Assembly (NCBI GenBank): GCA_002897715.1
Contig: BDUA01000049.1
Coordinates: 5,821 to 69,820 of the forward strand
Length of the DNA: 64,000 bases
Source of the DNA: a bacterium BMS3Abin01
GTDB lineage: Bacteria; Actinomycetota; Thermoleophilia; BMS3ABIN01
Direction of reading: 5' to 3'
Below are positions 46,674 to 58,204 of the stretch, piece after piece. The number at the start of each line of letters is the position of its first letter. Positions within the stretch are counted from its first letter, which is position 1. The translations under genes and the position numbers were made by a program. The notes beneath the pieces were generated by a model. It did not search any database. It saw nothing but the letters and a program-made list of their open reading frames with translations, and was not told where the DNA came from.

Positions 46674-47771
46674 ATGAAGGTAACTACACCACAGATGGGA
46701 AACCTGCACTTCATGCTCGATGATCTCTTCGGGCGTCTGGGTGTGGATTACATCAGGCCGCCGGCATCCAGCACCCGGACCCTGCAGATAGGCGCCCAGC
46801 ACAGCCCCGAATTCGCCTGTCTGCCGCTGAAGATAAACATAGGCAACTTCATCGAGGCCATGGAGGCGGGCGCCGATACGCTGATAATGGCCGGCGGCCA
46901 CGGACCCTGCCGCTTCGGTTACTACGGTATCGTCGAGGAACGCATCCTGCGTGACCTGGGCTACGATTTCAAATTCATGATGCTGGAGCCGTTCAATGAC
47001 GGCGCCTGGGCTTTCTACAAGACCTTCGAAGCGCTGTCACCGGGCCTGAGCATCCGCAAGCTGTGGAAGATGCTCAAGGTTTCCTTCTCCAAGGCGCGCG
47101 CCTTCGACCGGCTGTACAAGCGGGCGCTGCAGCTGCGGGCCTACGAGGTGAACCTGGGTGACACCAGCAGGACGCTGCGACAGGCGGAGGAGATACTCTC
47201 CCGCCCGCGCACCCCGGAGGAGATAGAGGCGGCCGCGGCTGAAGCCATGACCGTGATCGAGGCGGTCGAACAGGACCCCGGCCGGGAAGTGATGCGCGTC
47301 GGCATCGTCGGCGAGTTCTACCTGCTGCTGGAGCCCTTCAGCAACTTCGGCCTGGAGGAGACCCTGGGCCACATGGATGTGTACCTGGAGCGGAGCGTAT
47401 GGGTAACCGACTGGATCGCCCCCAACCGCGACAATATCATCTACGGTTATCCCAAGAAGGATATCGAGAAAAAAGCGGAACCGTTCCTCGACCAGAACGT
47501 GGGCGGCGAAGGTCGCGAGACCATCGGCTCCATCGTCATGTTCGCCGAACGCGGCTTTGATGGTATCATCCAGTTGCTGCCTTTCGGCTGCATGCCGGAG
47601 AACATCGCCACCAGCATCATCCCCCGTGTGCAGCAGGAACACGACATACCGGTATTGACCCTGGCCTTCGATGAGCAGACCGGTCGCGCCGGCGTGATAA
47701 CCAGGGTGGAGGCTTTCCTTGACCTGCTGGCTGCGCGCCGGCGGAGCAAGGCCGGCGCCCTGCGGGCGTAA
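46674..47771 (+). CDS. 2-hydroxyacyl-CoA dehydratase-family subunit (BCR/HAD family, PlsR/DUF2229-like)
   Basis: PEFACLPLKINIGNFIEAMEAGADTLIMAGGHGPCRFGYY and the C-terminal LLPFGCMPENI...DEQTGRAGVITRVEAFLDLL motifs. Confidence 0.65.
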   Translation: MKVTTPQMGNLHFMLDDLFGRLGVDYIRPPASSTRTLQIGAQHSPEFACLPLKINIGNFIEAMEAGADTLIMAGGHGPCRFGYYGIVEERILRDLGYDFKFMMLEPFNDGAWAFYKTFEALSPGLSIRKLWKMLKVSFSKARAFDRLYKRALQLRAYEVNLGDTSRTLRQAEEILSRPRTPEEIEAAAAEAMTVIEAVEQDPGREVMRVGIVGEFYLLLEPFSNFGLEETLGHMDVYLERSVWVTDWIAPNRDNIIYGYPKKDIEKKAEPFLDQNVGGEGRETIGSIVMFAERGFDGIIQLLPFGCMPENIATSIIPRVQQEHDIPVLTLAFDEQTGRAGVITRVEAFLDLLAARRRSKAGALRA

Positions 47772-47797
47772 TATCTCAGAGTGATAAAGGAGCGGAC

Positions 47798-48805
47798 TTG
47801 AACGACAGCTTAAGGAAAGGGTACCTGGGCATTGACGTAGGATCGGTCAGTACCAACCTGGTCATCCTCGACGAACACGCCGGCGTGCTGGCGGCCATAT
47901 ACCGCCGCACCCAGGGGCAACCCATCCGGGCGGTGCAGAAAGGCCTGGCCGAACTGGTGGCCGAGCTCCCCTGCCCGGTGGAGGTCGTGGCCGCCGGCGC
48001 CACCGGCAGCGCCCGTCATCTTACCGGGGTGATCACCGGCGCCGATGTGGTCAAGAACGAGATCACCGCCCACGCCGTGGCGGCATCGCAGGTAGTGCCC
48101 GATGTCAGCACGGTGCTGGAGATCGGCGGCCAGGACTCCAAGCTCATCATCCTCGACAACGGCATAGTCACTGATTTCGCCATGAATTCCGTATGTGCCG
48201 CCGGGACTGGCTCCTTCCTCGACCACCAGTCGGCTCGGCTGGGCATACCCATCGAGGAGTTCGGCGACTACGCCATCTCCTCGGAGGTCCCGGCTCATAT
48301 AGCCGGCCGCTGCTCGGTATTCGCCGAGTCGGACATGATCCACAAGCAGCAGGTGGGTATCGCCGTGGAGGATATCATCTACGGCCTCTGCCACGCCCTG
48401 GTGCGCAATTACATCAACAACCTGTCCAAGGGCAAGAGTTTCAACCCGCCCATCGTTTTCCAGGGAGGTGTGGCGGCCAACGCGGGCATGAAGCGCGCCT
48501 TCGAGGACGCGCTGGAGACCGAGGTGGTCGTTCCCGCCCATCACAATGTCATGGGCGCCATCGGCAGCGCCATCCTGGCCATGGAACTGGAGCTGGAGCC
48601 GGGGAAGACCGGCTTCAAGGGGTTCGAGATCACCGACCTGGATTACCGGACTTCATCTTTCGCCTGCAATGGCTGTTCCAATACCTGCGAGGTCGTACGT
48701 ATCAAGGTGGACGGCAAGACGCTGGCGCGCTGGGGCGGCCGCTGTGGCAAGTGGGAGATGCGGGACGGCAAGCTGGACCGTAAAAGAGAAAAAGTCAACC
48801 GGTAA
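47798..48805 (+). CDS. BadF/BadG/BcrA/BcrD-type ATPase (HgdC-like [4Fe-4S] activase) with C-terminal Cys-rich extension
   Basis: YLGIDVGSVSTNLVILD; GGQDSKLI; cluster-ligand regions NSVCAAGTGSFLD and AGRCSVFAESD; tail CNGCSNTCEV...RCGKWE. Confidence 0.8.
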   Translation: MNDSLRKGYLGIDVGSVSTNLVILDEHAGVLAAIYRRTQGQPIRAVQKGLAELVAELPCPVEVVAAGATGSARHLTGVITGADVVKNEITAHAVAASQVVPDVSTVLEIGGQDSKLIILDNGIVTDFAMNSVCAAGTGSFLDHQSARLGIPIEEFGDYAISSEVPAHIAGRCSVFAESDMIHKQQVGIAVEDIIYGLCHALVRNYINNLSKGKSFNPPIVFQGGVAANAGMKRAFEDALETEVVVPAHHNVMGAIGSAILAMELELEPGKTGFKGFEITDLDYRTSSFACNGCSNTCEVVRIKVDGKTLARWGGRCGKWEMRDGKLDRKREKVNR

Positions 48806-48831
48806 ATAATACCTCTTCGCGGCAGGAAGAG

Positions 48832-49137
48832 ATGAACGATAACCCTCGGGACCCCCGGAAAGGCATCGCCATCGATACCTCCAATATCATACTGGGCATC
48901 AGTGCCTATACCGCCAACCTGAAGATCACCGGACAGCTCCATCTGAATGTCAGCGCCCGGTCCAGCGACCGGCGGCCCTCAGACCTGATCCATAATTTCC
49001 CCGGGCAACGCATGACCCTGTCCAAGGTAAAGATCTACAGCATCCAGAACAGCAAGCTGCTGGAGGAGACACCGTTCATCGTACTCAATATCGAAACGGT
49101 GGATATCCTCTGGGCTGAGGAGATAGCTGGGGACTGA
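48832..49137 (+). CDS. Hypothetical 101-aa protein, last gene of the plus-strand lipid/activase cluster
   Basis: Clean ORF 27 nt after the activase gene. No recognised motif. Confidence 0.4.
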   Translation: MNDNPRDPRKGIAIDTSNIILGISAYTANLKITGQLHLNVSARSSDRRPSDLIHNFPGQRMTLSKVKIYSIQNSKLLEETPFIVLNIETVDILWAEEIAGD

Positions 49138-49169
49138 AGACCCGGGGTCCTTCCGGGCCGGGCCGAAGG

Positions 49170-49679
49170 TCAGGCGTTGCGCCGCCAGGCGCCGTAAGCA
49201 GCCGCCGCAATCCAGATGTACTTCCAGATACCGCCGCTCGCCAGGATATAATTGATCGCCGCATAGCTGAACCCGCCGCCCCGCAATCCCAGGAGCATGA
49301 AGGGAAGCAACACCGCCAGAGCCGCGCAGACCGAGGCCCATATCGCCATCCCCCGGGAACGATAGCGCCCGCTCCCCCAGGAGACCGCCTCCCCCACAGC
49401 GTAACCCAGCAGGTAGGCGAAGATGATGGAGAAGAAGCCTATCATGTTGACCGCCACGCCGAACAGATATCCACCCACGGCAGCCGCCCCCAGTCCGGCC
49501 ATGACGGCCAGCACCATCCTGCCCGGCTTGAGGGTTACCAGCGCCGATTTGGGCAGGCGGACACATCGGGGACACTTGGCGCCCACAGCGGTATAGACCA
49601 TGCATTCAGGGCAGATGGGATCGCCACAGGCGCTGCAGGACACTCGGGTATCTACTTCTGGGTGATTAACGCATTGCAT
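49170..49679 (-). CDS. Membrane protein with N-terminal B-box-type zinc finger
   Basis: CVNHPEVDTRVSCSACGDPICPECM...CPRC followed by 4 hydrophobic helices. Confidence 0.5.
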   Translation of the reverse strand: MQCVNHPEVDTRVSCSACGDPICPECMVYTAVGAKCPRCVRLPKSALVTLKPGRMVLAVMAGLGAAAVGGYLFGVAVNMIGFFSIIFAYLLGYAVGEAVSWGSGRYRSRGMAIWASVCAALAVLLPFMLLGLRGGGFSYAAINYILASGGIWKYIWIAAAAYGAWRRNA

Positions 49680-49792
49680 GCCATAAATAGTGTATCAGGA
49701 ATAACAGAACGGGCGGGGCGTAGCCACGCCCGTTCCCCCGGAAACCCTTCCCCCCGGGAAGCCCGGAAATGGCGTATCGCCGTAACCTGCCA

Positions 49793-50116
49793 TCACAATC
49801 CCAGCTCCCTGACCAGGGACTCCTTCGGAAGCGCCCCCACTACCTGCCTGTCGATCTTCCCGTCCCTGAAAAGAATCACCGTAGGGATACTGAGAATCTT
49901 GTACTTCGCGGCTGTCTCACGGTTCTGATCCACGTTCAGCTTGGCAACCTTCAGCTCTCCCACCCGCTCCTCCGCCAACTGGGCGATTACCGGTCCCACC
50001 ATGCGACAGGGCGCACACCAGTCAGCCCAGAAATCGACCAGCACCGGAATATCCGACTGAAGGACTTCAGCATCGAATTCGGCGTCAGTCACTTCAATCA
50101 GGTTGCTGCCCACCAT
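49793..50116 (-). CDS. trxA: Thioredoxin
   Basis: VLVDFWADWCAPCR active-site region (CAPC variant of CGPC). 107 aa. Confidence 0.85.
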   Translation of the reverse strand: MVGSNLIEVTDAEFDAEVLQSDIPVLVDFWADWCAPCRMVGPVIAQLAEERVGELKVAKLNVDQNRETAAKYKILSIPTVILFRDGKIDRQVVGALPKESLVRELGL

Positions 50117-50326
50117 ATCTCACCTCCTCGCTCAAGCATGCTGTTTGCCCGTGGTTGCGCCAGGCTTTCATGGGTTGCCTGGAAGAGAGGATGCCTTCCG
50201 GGGAAACGGCAGGTGATGGCACGTGGCAGCGTCCGTCTTTTAACAACCTCGGCCTCCGGTTCCTCGGAGCTCCCCGGAAGCCGGGACCGCGGCCGGACGG
50301 CCGCTGAGCCTCAGCGCCAGGGCTGG

Positions 50327-51628
<1,302 letters not shown>

Positions 51629-52450
51629 CTATCTTTTGGCTCGTTGATAATATTCTTCCTGGCTTTCCAGTGGCAAACCGGTGAAATCTTTACCCTCGGC
51701 CTCAGCCAGGCCGGCGGCCCGCTCCACCCGCTCCCGGAAGCGGCCCGAGGCGCTCCTCAGCGCCAGCTCCGGGTCGATGTGGAGTTGGCGCGCCATATTG
51801 ACGACGGCGAACAGGATATCGCCCACCTCCTGGTAGGCCGGCGTCTCCGGCCCCCGCCGCTTTTCCGGCGGCTGCTGCCCCTCTTCGGCCCGCAGGGCCT
51901 GCTTAAGCTCTTCTATCTCTTCCTGGATCTTGTCGAACACCGGCTCTGCCTTATCCCAGTCGAAACCCACCGCCGCCGCCCTGAGCTGCACACGCTGGGC
52001 ATGGAGGGGTGAAGGCAGGGTCGCGGGAAGATCGTGGAAGATGCCCTGACGGCCTTCCTCCTGCCGCTTGATACCCTCCCATCTGCGGATGACCTCGGCC
52101 GCATCCCTGACCTGGTCTTCGCCGAACACATGCGGATGGCGCCGCACCAGCTTCCCGGTTATGGAGCGGGTGACCGTCCCCAGGTCGCCCCAGCCGTTCT
52201 CCTCAGCCAGAAGCGAGAGGAAAAAGATGTGGAATAGCAGGTCTCCCAGCTCACCCGATGCCTGTTCGCCCCGGCCGCCATGGGCGGCATCGATGAGCTC
52301 GTAGGTCTCTTCCAGGGTATAAGTGACGACATCCTCGAAACTCTGCTGCCGGTCCCAGGGGCACTCGCGCCGCAGCACCCTGACCACCCGGTCCAGCTCC
52401 AGCAGGTCGGCGGCCAACTCCCCACGTTCCTCCGGCCCGCCGGCGGTCAA
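51629..52450 (-). CDS. mazG: MazG nucleoside triphosphate pyrophosphohydrolase (tandem MazG domains)
   Basis: CPWDRQQSFEDVVTYTLEETYELIDA and a second EEIEELKQA...EVGDILFAVVNMAR module. Confidence 0.85.
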   Translation of the reverse strand: MTAGGPEERGELAADLLELDRVVRVLRRECPWDRQQSFEDVVTYTLEETYELIDAAHGGRGEQASGELGDLLFHIFFLSLLAEENGWGDLGTVTRSITGKLVRRHPHVFGEDQVRDAAEVIRRWEGIKRQEEGRQGIFHDLPATLPSPLHAQRVQLRAAAVGFDWDKAEPVFDKIQEEIEELKQALRAEEGQQPPEKRRGPETPAYQEVGDILFAVVNMARQLHIDPELALRSASGRFRERVERAAGLAEAEGKDFTGLPLESQEEYYQRAKR

Positions 52451-52540
52451 GGCCCCACCTCTGCCGTCAGGCCCGGCCGGGCCCTGCCGGGGGCCGGAAC
52501 GGCGTTCCTTTCCGGACCCGGCGGCCCCGGTCGCACGCCG

Positions 52541-53533
52541 CTATTCCGCCGCCGTCGGTGTCTGGGTCGCAGTCGTGGAATCATCGGGCTTGAACTCATC
52601 AGCGTAGGTGATGTCGTAATTGCCCCTGACGTCCTCCAGCCACGCGTCGAATATCTTCCGCTGGGCTTCCAGCATAAGACCCATCTTCAGGTCATCGAGC
52701 ACTTCTTCGAAGCTCTGGACGCCGGGCGGCGTGATACTCTCCACCCGGATGATATGAAAACCGAACTGGGTCTGGACCGGGTCGGAGGTCTCACCAGCCT
52801 GCAACTGGTCCATGGCCTGTTCGAACTCGGGTACGAAACCGCTGTTCTCACTGGGGACCTCGCCCAGGGAACCGCCCTTGTCCTTGCTGCCGGGGTCAGT
52901 AGAGACCTCTTTCGCCACCGTGGCGAAATCCTCACCAGCATCCAGCCTGGCTTTCACCGCTTGCGCTTCCTCCGGCGTCGCCACCAGTATGTGGCTGACC
53001 TTGCGCATCTCCGGCTGCTGGAACTGGTCCGGGTTAGCGTCATAATACGCCCTGGCTTCCTCATCGGTTATCTCCGGGGCATCCTTGGTTACTTCCGGGT
53101 AGATCTTCTGGAAGAGCAGGCTCTTGCGGATACTTTCCTTGAAGCTCTCCATGGTCATGTTGTTGTCATCCAGGGTCTTCTGCAGCTGTTCCTCGCCGCC
53201 CGCCTGGTTTGTAGCCGTATTGATCTGATCCTCTATCTCCTGATCGGTGACGTTCAGATCCATCTTCTCAGCCTCCATCCAGAGGATCTGTTCATCGACC
53301 AGGCGTGACACCAGTTCCTTCTGGAAATCCTTGTACGCTTCCGTTCCCTCAGCCGGCATGCCCTGATCACCGAACTGCTGTTTGTACTCCTGTGTGGCCT
53401 TATCCAGGTCCTCTCTGGTGATCACCTTGCCGTTGACCTCGGCCACGGCGCTCTGCGGCAGACCACCGCAACCGGCCCACACCGGCAACAGAGCCAGGAT
53501 AAACGTCGCTATCAATAACCTTTTAAACATCAA
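52541..53533 (-). CDS. Parvulin-type peptidyl-prolyl isomerase lipoprotein (PrsA/SurA-like)
   Basis: Lipobox VWAGCGG; PpiC domain VSHILVATPEEA...GGSLGEV...GFHIIRV. Confidence 0.8.
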   Translation of the reverse strand: MMFKRLLIATFILALLPVWAGCGGLPQSAVAEVNGKVITREDLDKATQEYKQQFGDQGMPAEGTEAYKDFQKELVSRLVDEQILWMEAEKMDLNVTDQEIEDQINTATNQAGGEEQLQKTLDDNNMTMESFKESIRKSLLFQKIYPEVTKDAPEITDEEARAYYDANPDQFQQPEMRKVSHILVATPEEAQAVKARLDAGEDFATVAKEVSTDPGSKDKGGSLGEVPSENSGFVPEFEQAMDQLQAGETSDPVQTQFGFHIIRVESITPPGVQSFEEVLDDLKMGLMLEAQRKIFDAWLEDVRGNYDITYADEFKPDDSTTATQTPTAAE

Positions 53534-53551
53534 TAACCTCTTTCATTTGAA

Positions 53552-56500
53552 TTAACCCGTCTTCTTAAGCAGAAGACTTTTTATTATACCATCCAGGATT
53601 CGCTGAATGACAGGCAGGCCGGCATCGCCGTCATCCGGCCAGATCACCAGTATGGCCCTGAGGGGATGGTAGGCGAACCTCAGCCCCGTCTGTTCCAGAC
53701 CCTTTCGCTGGGCGGAATCCAGCTTCAGCCCCGCCAGCTCCAGACGGCCCCGGCGCCAGACCAGCGACATCGCTCCCAGAGCGCCGGCGGCGAGGCGTAC
53801 CTCCTGCATGGCAAGCAGGTTCTCCACCACCGGGGGCAAGGGACCGAAACGGTCCCGGAGCTCGGTGGCTATATGATCCAGTTCCTGCCGGCCCCGGGCG
53901 GCGGCGATGCGATGGTGGGCATCGATCCTTGCCGCTTCAAACGGTATGTAATCTTCAGGTATGTAGGCGTCCACGTCTACATCGACCCTGGCGGCGACCT
54001 GCTCCTCCTCGAGCTCGTTCCTGAATTCGGACACCGCCCGCCGGAGCAGGTCGAGGTACATGTCGAAGCCTACCGCCGCCACGTGTCCCGATTGCTCGTC
54101 TCCCAGCAGGTTGCCGGCGCCACGGATCTCCAGGTCCCGCATGGCGATACGGAAGCCCGAGCCCAGTTCGGTGTAGTCGCTGAGGGTCGACAGCCGGGCG
54201 ATAGCATCACGGGTGGGGGTGGTGAAGGGCGGATACAGCAGGTAGGCATGGGCGTTGACGTCGGAGCGCCCGATACGGCCGCGTATCTGATAGAGCTGGG
54301 CCAGCCCCAGCGCGTCGGCGCCGTCGATGATAAGCGTATTGGCGGCGGAGATATCCAGGCCGCTCTCAATGATGGAGGTGCAGACCAGTACATCCGCCTG
54401 CCTGTCCAGGAAGGCGGCCATCACCTCCTCCAGCTCCTTCTCCGGCATGCGGCCGTGGGCCACCAGGAACCGCACATGGGGCATCAGCGACCGGAGCTCG
54501 TCCGCCTTGGCGCCGATGCTCTCCACCCGGTTGTGCAGGAAGAAGACCTGGCCGCCGCGTTCCACCTCACGGATGACCGCCTGGGTCACCAGCTCATCGT
54601 CATATTCACCGACAAAGGTCCTGATGGGGTTCCGGCCCGCCGGCGGCGTCTCGATCACGCTGATGTCCCTGACACCGGAGAGTGACATCTGCATGGTACG
54701 CGGGATCGGCGTCGCCGTCATGCTGAGCACATCCACCTTGAGACGCAGCTGTCGCAGCCGCTCCTTCTGCGCCACACCAAAGCGCTGCTCCTCGTCGACG
54801 ATAACCAGGCCCAGGTCGTGGGGGATTATATCGCTGGAGAGCAGCCGGTGGGTGCCGATGATAACGTCTATCTTCCCCTCGCGGAACGATGCCGCGATAC
54901 GACGGCCCTCCGCCTGGCTGCGAAAGCGGGAGATCATCTCCACCACCACCGGATAGGGCTCGAAACGGCCACGGAAAGTCTCGTAATGCTGCAGCGCCAG
55001 GATGGTGGTCGGCACCAGCATCAGCACCTGTTTACCCTGCGACGCCGCCTTGAAAGCGGCCCGGATGGCTACCTCGGTCTTGCCGAAACCGACATCACCG
55101 CAGATGAGGCGGTCCATGGGGTGTGGTGACTCCATGTCGTCCTTGACGTCCTCGATGGCGGCGGCCTGGTCCGGCGTCTCGCTGTAGGGGAAGGCCTCCT
55201 CCAGCTGTGCCTGCCACCGCCCATCAGGCTCGTAGGCATGGCCCGACAGGCTCTGCCTGGCGGCATACAGCTGTAACAACTCACCCGCCATCTCCCGCGC
55301 GGCGCTGCGAGCCCTTGCCCGCGCTAGGGCCCAGGCCTTTCCGCCCAGCTTGTTCAGCGGCGGCGCGTTCTCCTGCGTCCCCACGTAACGCGCCACCTTG
55401 TGCACCTGCTCCTGGGGAACGAACAGGGCATCGCCGCCCTTGTAGCTGAGATGCAGGTAATCACGGGTCACGCCGGATACCGTCTTGGTTTCCACCGATC
55501 TGAACACACCGATACCGTGGTCCTGGTGAACAATGAAATTACCGGGCGACAGTTCGCGGAAACTGGCCAGCCCCTTGCCACCCCGCACCGCCGCCCGGCT
55601 GCGGGCGGCTCGGCCGGGCCGGAGCAGCGCCCGCTCACCCATCACCGCCAGCTTCAGCTCCCTGCTGACAAACCCCGCCGGTGCCGGTGCGGCCATCAGC
55701 CAGGCGCCCGGCTGCGACGGCGCCGGTTCGCCCTGCTCACGCAGCTCAGCGTGACCGGCCAGCTTGTGCCCGGCTCGTTCAGCCGCTCCCCGGGTACTGA
55801 AATGGATAAACACACGAAAACCGTCAGCGACCAGATGGTCCAGCCGGTCGCCAGCATCGTCACGGCGCCGTGAGACATGGCTGAAAGCGGATGCAGAAAA
55901 AGCATACGGCTGCCCCGACGCCAGACTCTCCAGGGTGACTGCCGCCCTGCTTTTCAGCTGCTGCCGGACGCGGGCCGGGTCCAGGTAACGGCAGCCTGCC
56001 TGTTCGGCAAGTGATTCCCGGGCGTCCTCCCACAGGGCCTCCGCCGTTTCGCTGAAGAAAGACGGATCCACCAGAACCACCTTCGCCGTAAAGTCCGGCG
56101 ATGCCAGCAGCCCCGTCCCAGCCTCTTGCCGCCGCTGTCCCCGTTCTGTTGACGCCTCACCCGGCGCCTCCCCCTCCGGTGCGGCCGCGGCAAAGATATC
56201 GGCGTCCTCCGCGCCGGACAGGGAACGCTGGGTGTACGGCGAGAAACGCCGCAGCGCCTCCAGCTCATCACCCCAGTATTCCATTCTGAGCGGCGTCGCG
56301 TCAGTGGAGGGGAAACAATCGATAATGCCGCCGCGTACGGCGAACTGCCCCCTCTCCTCCACCTGGTCCACCCGCTCATAACCCAGCGCCGCCAGCCTGT
56401 CGATTACCTGGCGGAAGGCGGGCGCCGCCCCTTTCCTGACCATCAGCGGCTCACCCCGGCGCCCTGGAAGCAGCTCCCTTTCCTGCAGCGCCGTTACATC

Positions 56501-56851
56501 TGTGGCGATTATCACCGGACCGGTGCCGGCCAGGGCCGCCATGGCCCGGTGGCGCCGCCCCGTTGATAACTGCGGCGGTATCAGGCCGCTGCCGTAAATG
56601 ACACCCCGGGGCGGCAGCAGCCACACCGGAATACCGGCGGCGAACGCCGCCAGGTCCTGGGAGAGGCGCGACGCCTCGGCGGCGCCCGGGGCGACCACCA
56701 ACAGGCTTTCGGCAGGCCATACTTCGCGGCCCAGCGCCGCTATCAGGTAGCCCTGGAAGGCGGCAGGGGCGTAGGCGCGGGCGCTGCCGCCGGGCAGCGC
56801 CCGCGCCAGCGACCTGAAACTGTCACTACCTGTCAGATAGGAAATAACCAC
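53552..56851 (-). CDS. mfd: Transcription-repair coupling factor
   Basis: 1099 aa. Contains a CarD-like region and a superfamily 2 helicase core (GDVGFGKTEVA, VIVDEEQRFGV). Conserved position upstream of pth. Confidence 0.95.
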   Translation of the reverse strand: MVISYLTGSDSFRSLARALPGGSARAYAPAAFQGYLIAALGREVWPAESLLVVAPGAAEASRLSQDLAAFAAGIPVWLLPPRGVIYGSGLIPPQLSTGRRHRAMAALAGTGPVIIATDVTALQERELLPGRRGEPLMVRKGAAPAFRQVIDRLAALGYERVDQVEERGQFAVRGGIIDCFPSTDATPLRMEYWGDELEALRRFSPYTQRSLSGAEDADIFAAAAPEGEAPGEASTERGQRRQEAGTGLLASPDFTAKVVLVDPSFFSETAEALWEDARESLAEQAGCRYLDPARVRQQLKSRAAVTLESLASGQPYAFSASAFSHVSRRRDDAGDRLDHLVADGFRVFIHFSTRGAAERAGHKLAGHAELREQGEPAPSQPGAWLMAAPAPAGFVSRELKLAVMGERALLRPGRAARSRAAVRGGKGLASFRELSPGNFIVHQDHGIGVFRSVETKTVSGVTRDYLHLSYKGGDALFVPQEQVHKVARYVGTQENAPPLNKLGGKAWALARARARSAAREMAGELLQLYAARQSLSGHAYEPDGRWQAQLEEAFPYSETPDQAAAIEDVKDDMESPHPMDRLICGDVGFGKTEVAIRAAFKAASQGKQVLMLVPTTILALQHYETFRGRFEPYPVVVEMISRFRSQAEGRRIAASFREGKIDVIIGTHRLLSSDIIPHDLGLVIVDEEQRFGVAQKERLRQLRLKVDVLSMTATPIPRTMQMSLSGVRDISVIETPPAGRNPIRTFVGEYDDELVTQAVIREVERGGQVFFLHNRVESIGAKADELRSLMPHVRFLVAHGRMPEKELEEVMAAFLDRQADVLVCTSIIESGLDISAANTLIIDGADALGLAQLYQIRGRIGRSDVNAHAYLLYPPFTTPTRDAIARLSTLSDYTELGSGFRIAMRDLEIRGAGNLLGDEQSGHVAAVGFDMYLDLLRRAVSEFRNELEEEQVAARVDVDVDAYIPEDYIPFEAARIDAHHRIAAARGRQELDHIATELRDRFGPLPPVVENLLAMQEVRLAAGALGAMSLVWRRGRLELAGLKLDSAQRKGLEQTGLRFAYHPLRAILVIWPDDGDAGLPVIQRILDGIIKSLLLKKTG

Positions 56852-56888
56852 GGCACCTGGAGCTTAACGAAGTAGAAGACGGGAGGCG

Positions 56889-57467
56889 CTATACCTTATC
56901 ATCGTTACGCCGGTTGAACCGGGTCATGGCGGCTTCCATGCCATCGATGATGATGGCCTCGGCGCAGTCGGCGGCGGTATCCAGCACGGCCACCAGCTCG
57001 TCCCCGGAAACCCCCATGTCTGAAAGCACCCAGTCCCGGGCGGCGATGAAAGGGTTTTCCGGACGCCCGATGCCGATGCGCACCCGGGCGAAGCCGGTGG
57101 TCCCCAGCAGGGCGGCGATGCTCTCCAGGCCCTTGTGTCCGCCCGTACCGCCGCCGGCGCGGACCCGCACGGTACCGAAGGGGAAATCCATGTCATCATG
57201 GATGACGATTATTTCTTCCGGGGATATATGCTTGCGAACAGCGGCAGCCCTGACCGCCTCGCCGGAGTTGTTCATATAGGTATGGGGCATCAGCAGCGCC
57301 ACATCCCGGCCGCAGACCCTGCCCTCGCACCATCGCCCCTGGTAACGCCGGCGGGTCCTGCCCAGTTCACGGGTCACCCGGAAACGGTCAGCCGCCATGA
57401 ACCCGGCGTTGTGCCTGGTACCCTCGTACTCGCTGCCGGGGTTGCCCAAACCGACGATTAAATGCAT
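56889..57467 (-). CDS. pth: Peptidyl-tRNA hydrolase
   Basis: MHLIVGLGNPGSEYEGTRHNAGF. Confidence 0.95.
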   Translation of the reverse strand: MHLIVGLGNPGSEYEGTRHNAGFMAADRFRVTRELGRTRRRYQGRWCEGRVCGRDVALLMPHTYMNNSGEAVRAAAVRKHISPEEIIVIHDDMDFPFGTVRVRAGGGTGGHKGLESIAALLGTTGFARVRIGIGRPENPFIAARDWVLSDMGVSGDELVAVLDTAADCAEAIIIDGMEAAMTRFNRRNDDKV

Positions 57468-57488
57468 ATGGCCCCGTATAGCAGGTCG

Positions 57489-58187
57489 TTATCCCTGTCC
57501 CGGTTCCGCAGCTTCGGAGCCGGCCTTGCCCTCTGCCTCTTCGGCCCCTTCTTCGCCCTCTGCGGCTCCCGCTTCTTCGCCCTCTTCCAGCGCTTCCTCC
57601 AGCTCCGCTTCCGTCGGCTCCTCCTTGAGGATGGTCGGCGGGATGACGCTGGCTACCGCGATCTCCTGTTCATCGATGATCTCCACGTCGGCCGGCGGCG
57701 CCAGGTCGCTGACCTTGATGGAATCACCGATCTCCATCTCGTCGACGGTGAAGGTGATGCCGGCGGGGATGTCGGCGGGCAGGCATCGCACCCGCACCTC
57801 ACGCAGGGTCTGGTCCATAACGCCACCCTCGTTCACGCCGGCAGCCGTGCCGGTGAGTTCGATATGGACGGAGGCCTCGATAGGCTTATCCATCCTGATC
57901 TCCATGAAATCCACGTGCAGCAGGCCCCGGTCCAGAGGATCGCTCTGGTGATCCTTGAGGATAGCCGGATAGGTTTTGTCCTTCCCCTCGAACGAGAGGT
58001 TGAGTATGACGTTGCCGCCCTCGCCGGCCACAGCCTTCTTCAACACTGCGGCCTCCACCGCCAGGGGGATGGCGTCCTTGCCGCTGCCGTAGAATACCCC
58101 CGGTATCACGCCTGCTCTCCGGAGACGCCTCGCTTCGGCGCTGCCTTTGCTCCGGCGTTCCTTTACCTGTAAATCAATTGTCTTCAT
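57489..58187 (-). CDS. rplY: 50S ribosomal protein L25 / general stress protein Ctc, with acidic C-terminal tail
   Basis: RRLRRAGVIPGVFYG and the two-domain Ctc length. Confidence 0.9.
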   Translation of the reverse strand: MKTIDLQVKERRSKGSAEARRLRRAGVIPGVFYGSGKDAIPLAVEAAVLKKAVAGEGGNVILNLSFEGKDKTYPAILKDHQSDPLDRGLLHVDFMEIRMDKPIEASVHIELTGTAAGVNEGGVMDQTLREVRVRCLPADIPAGITFTVDEMEIGDSIKVSDLAPPADVEIIDEQEIAVASVIPPTILKEEPTEAELEEALEEGEEAGAAEGEEGAEEAEGKAGSEAAEPGQG

Positions 58188-58204
58188 GACTCACTCCTGA
58201 AATT

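Noticed and set aside
49793-50116. The thioredoxin CAPC active site as a possible Sec/Cys recoding case or a pseudo-enzyme.
   Set aside because: The ORF is uninterrupted with both cysteines encoded by TGY codons. CAPC is a plausible natural variant of CGPC.
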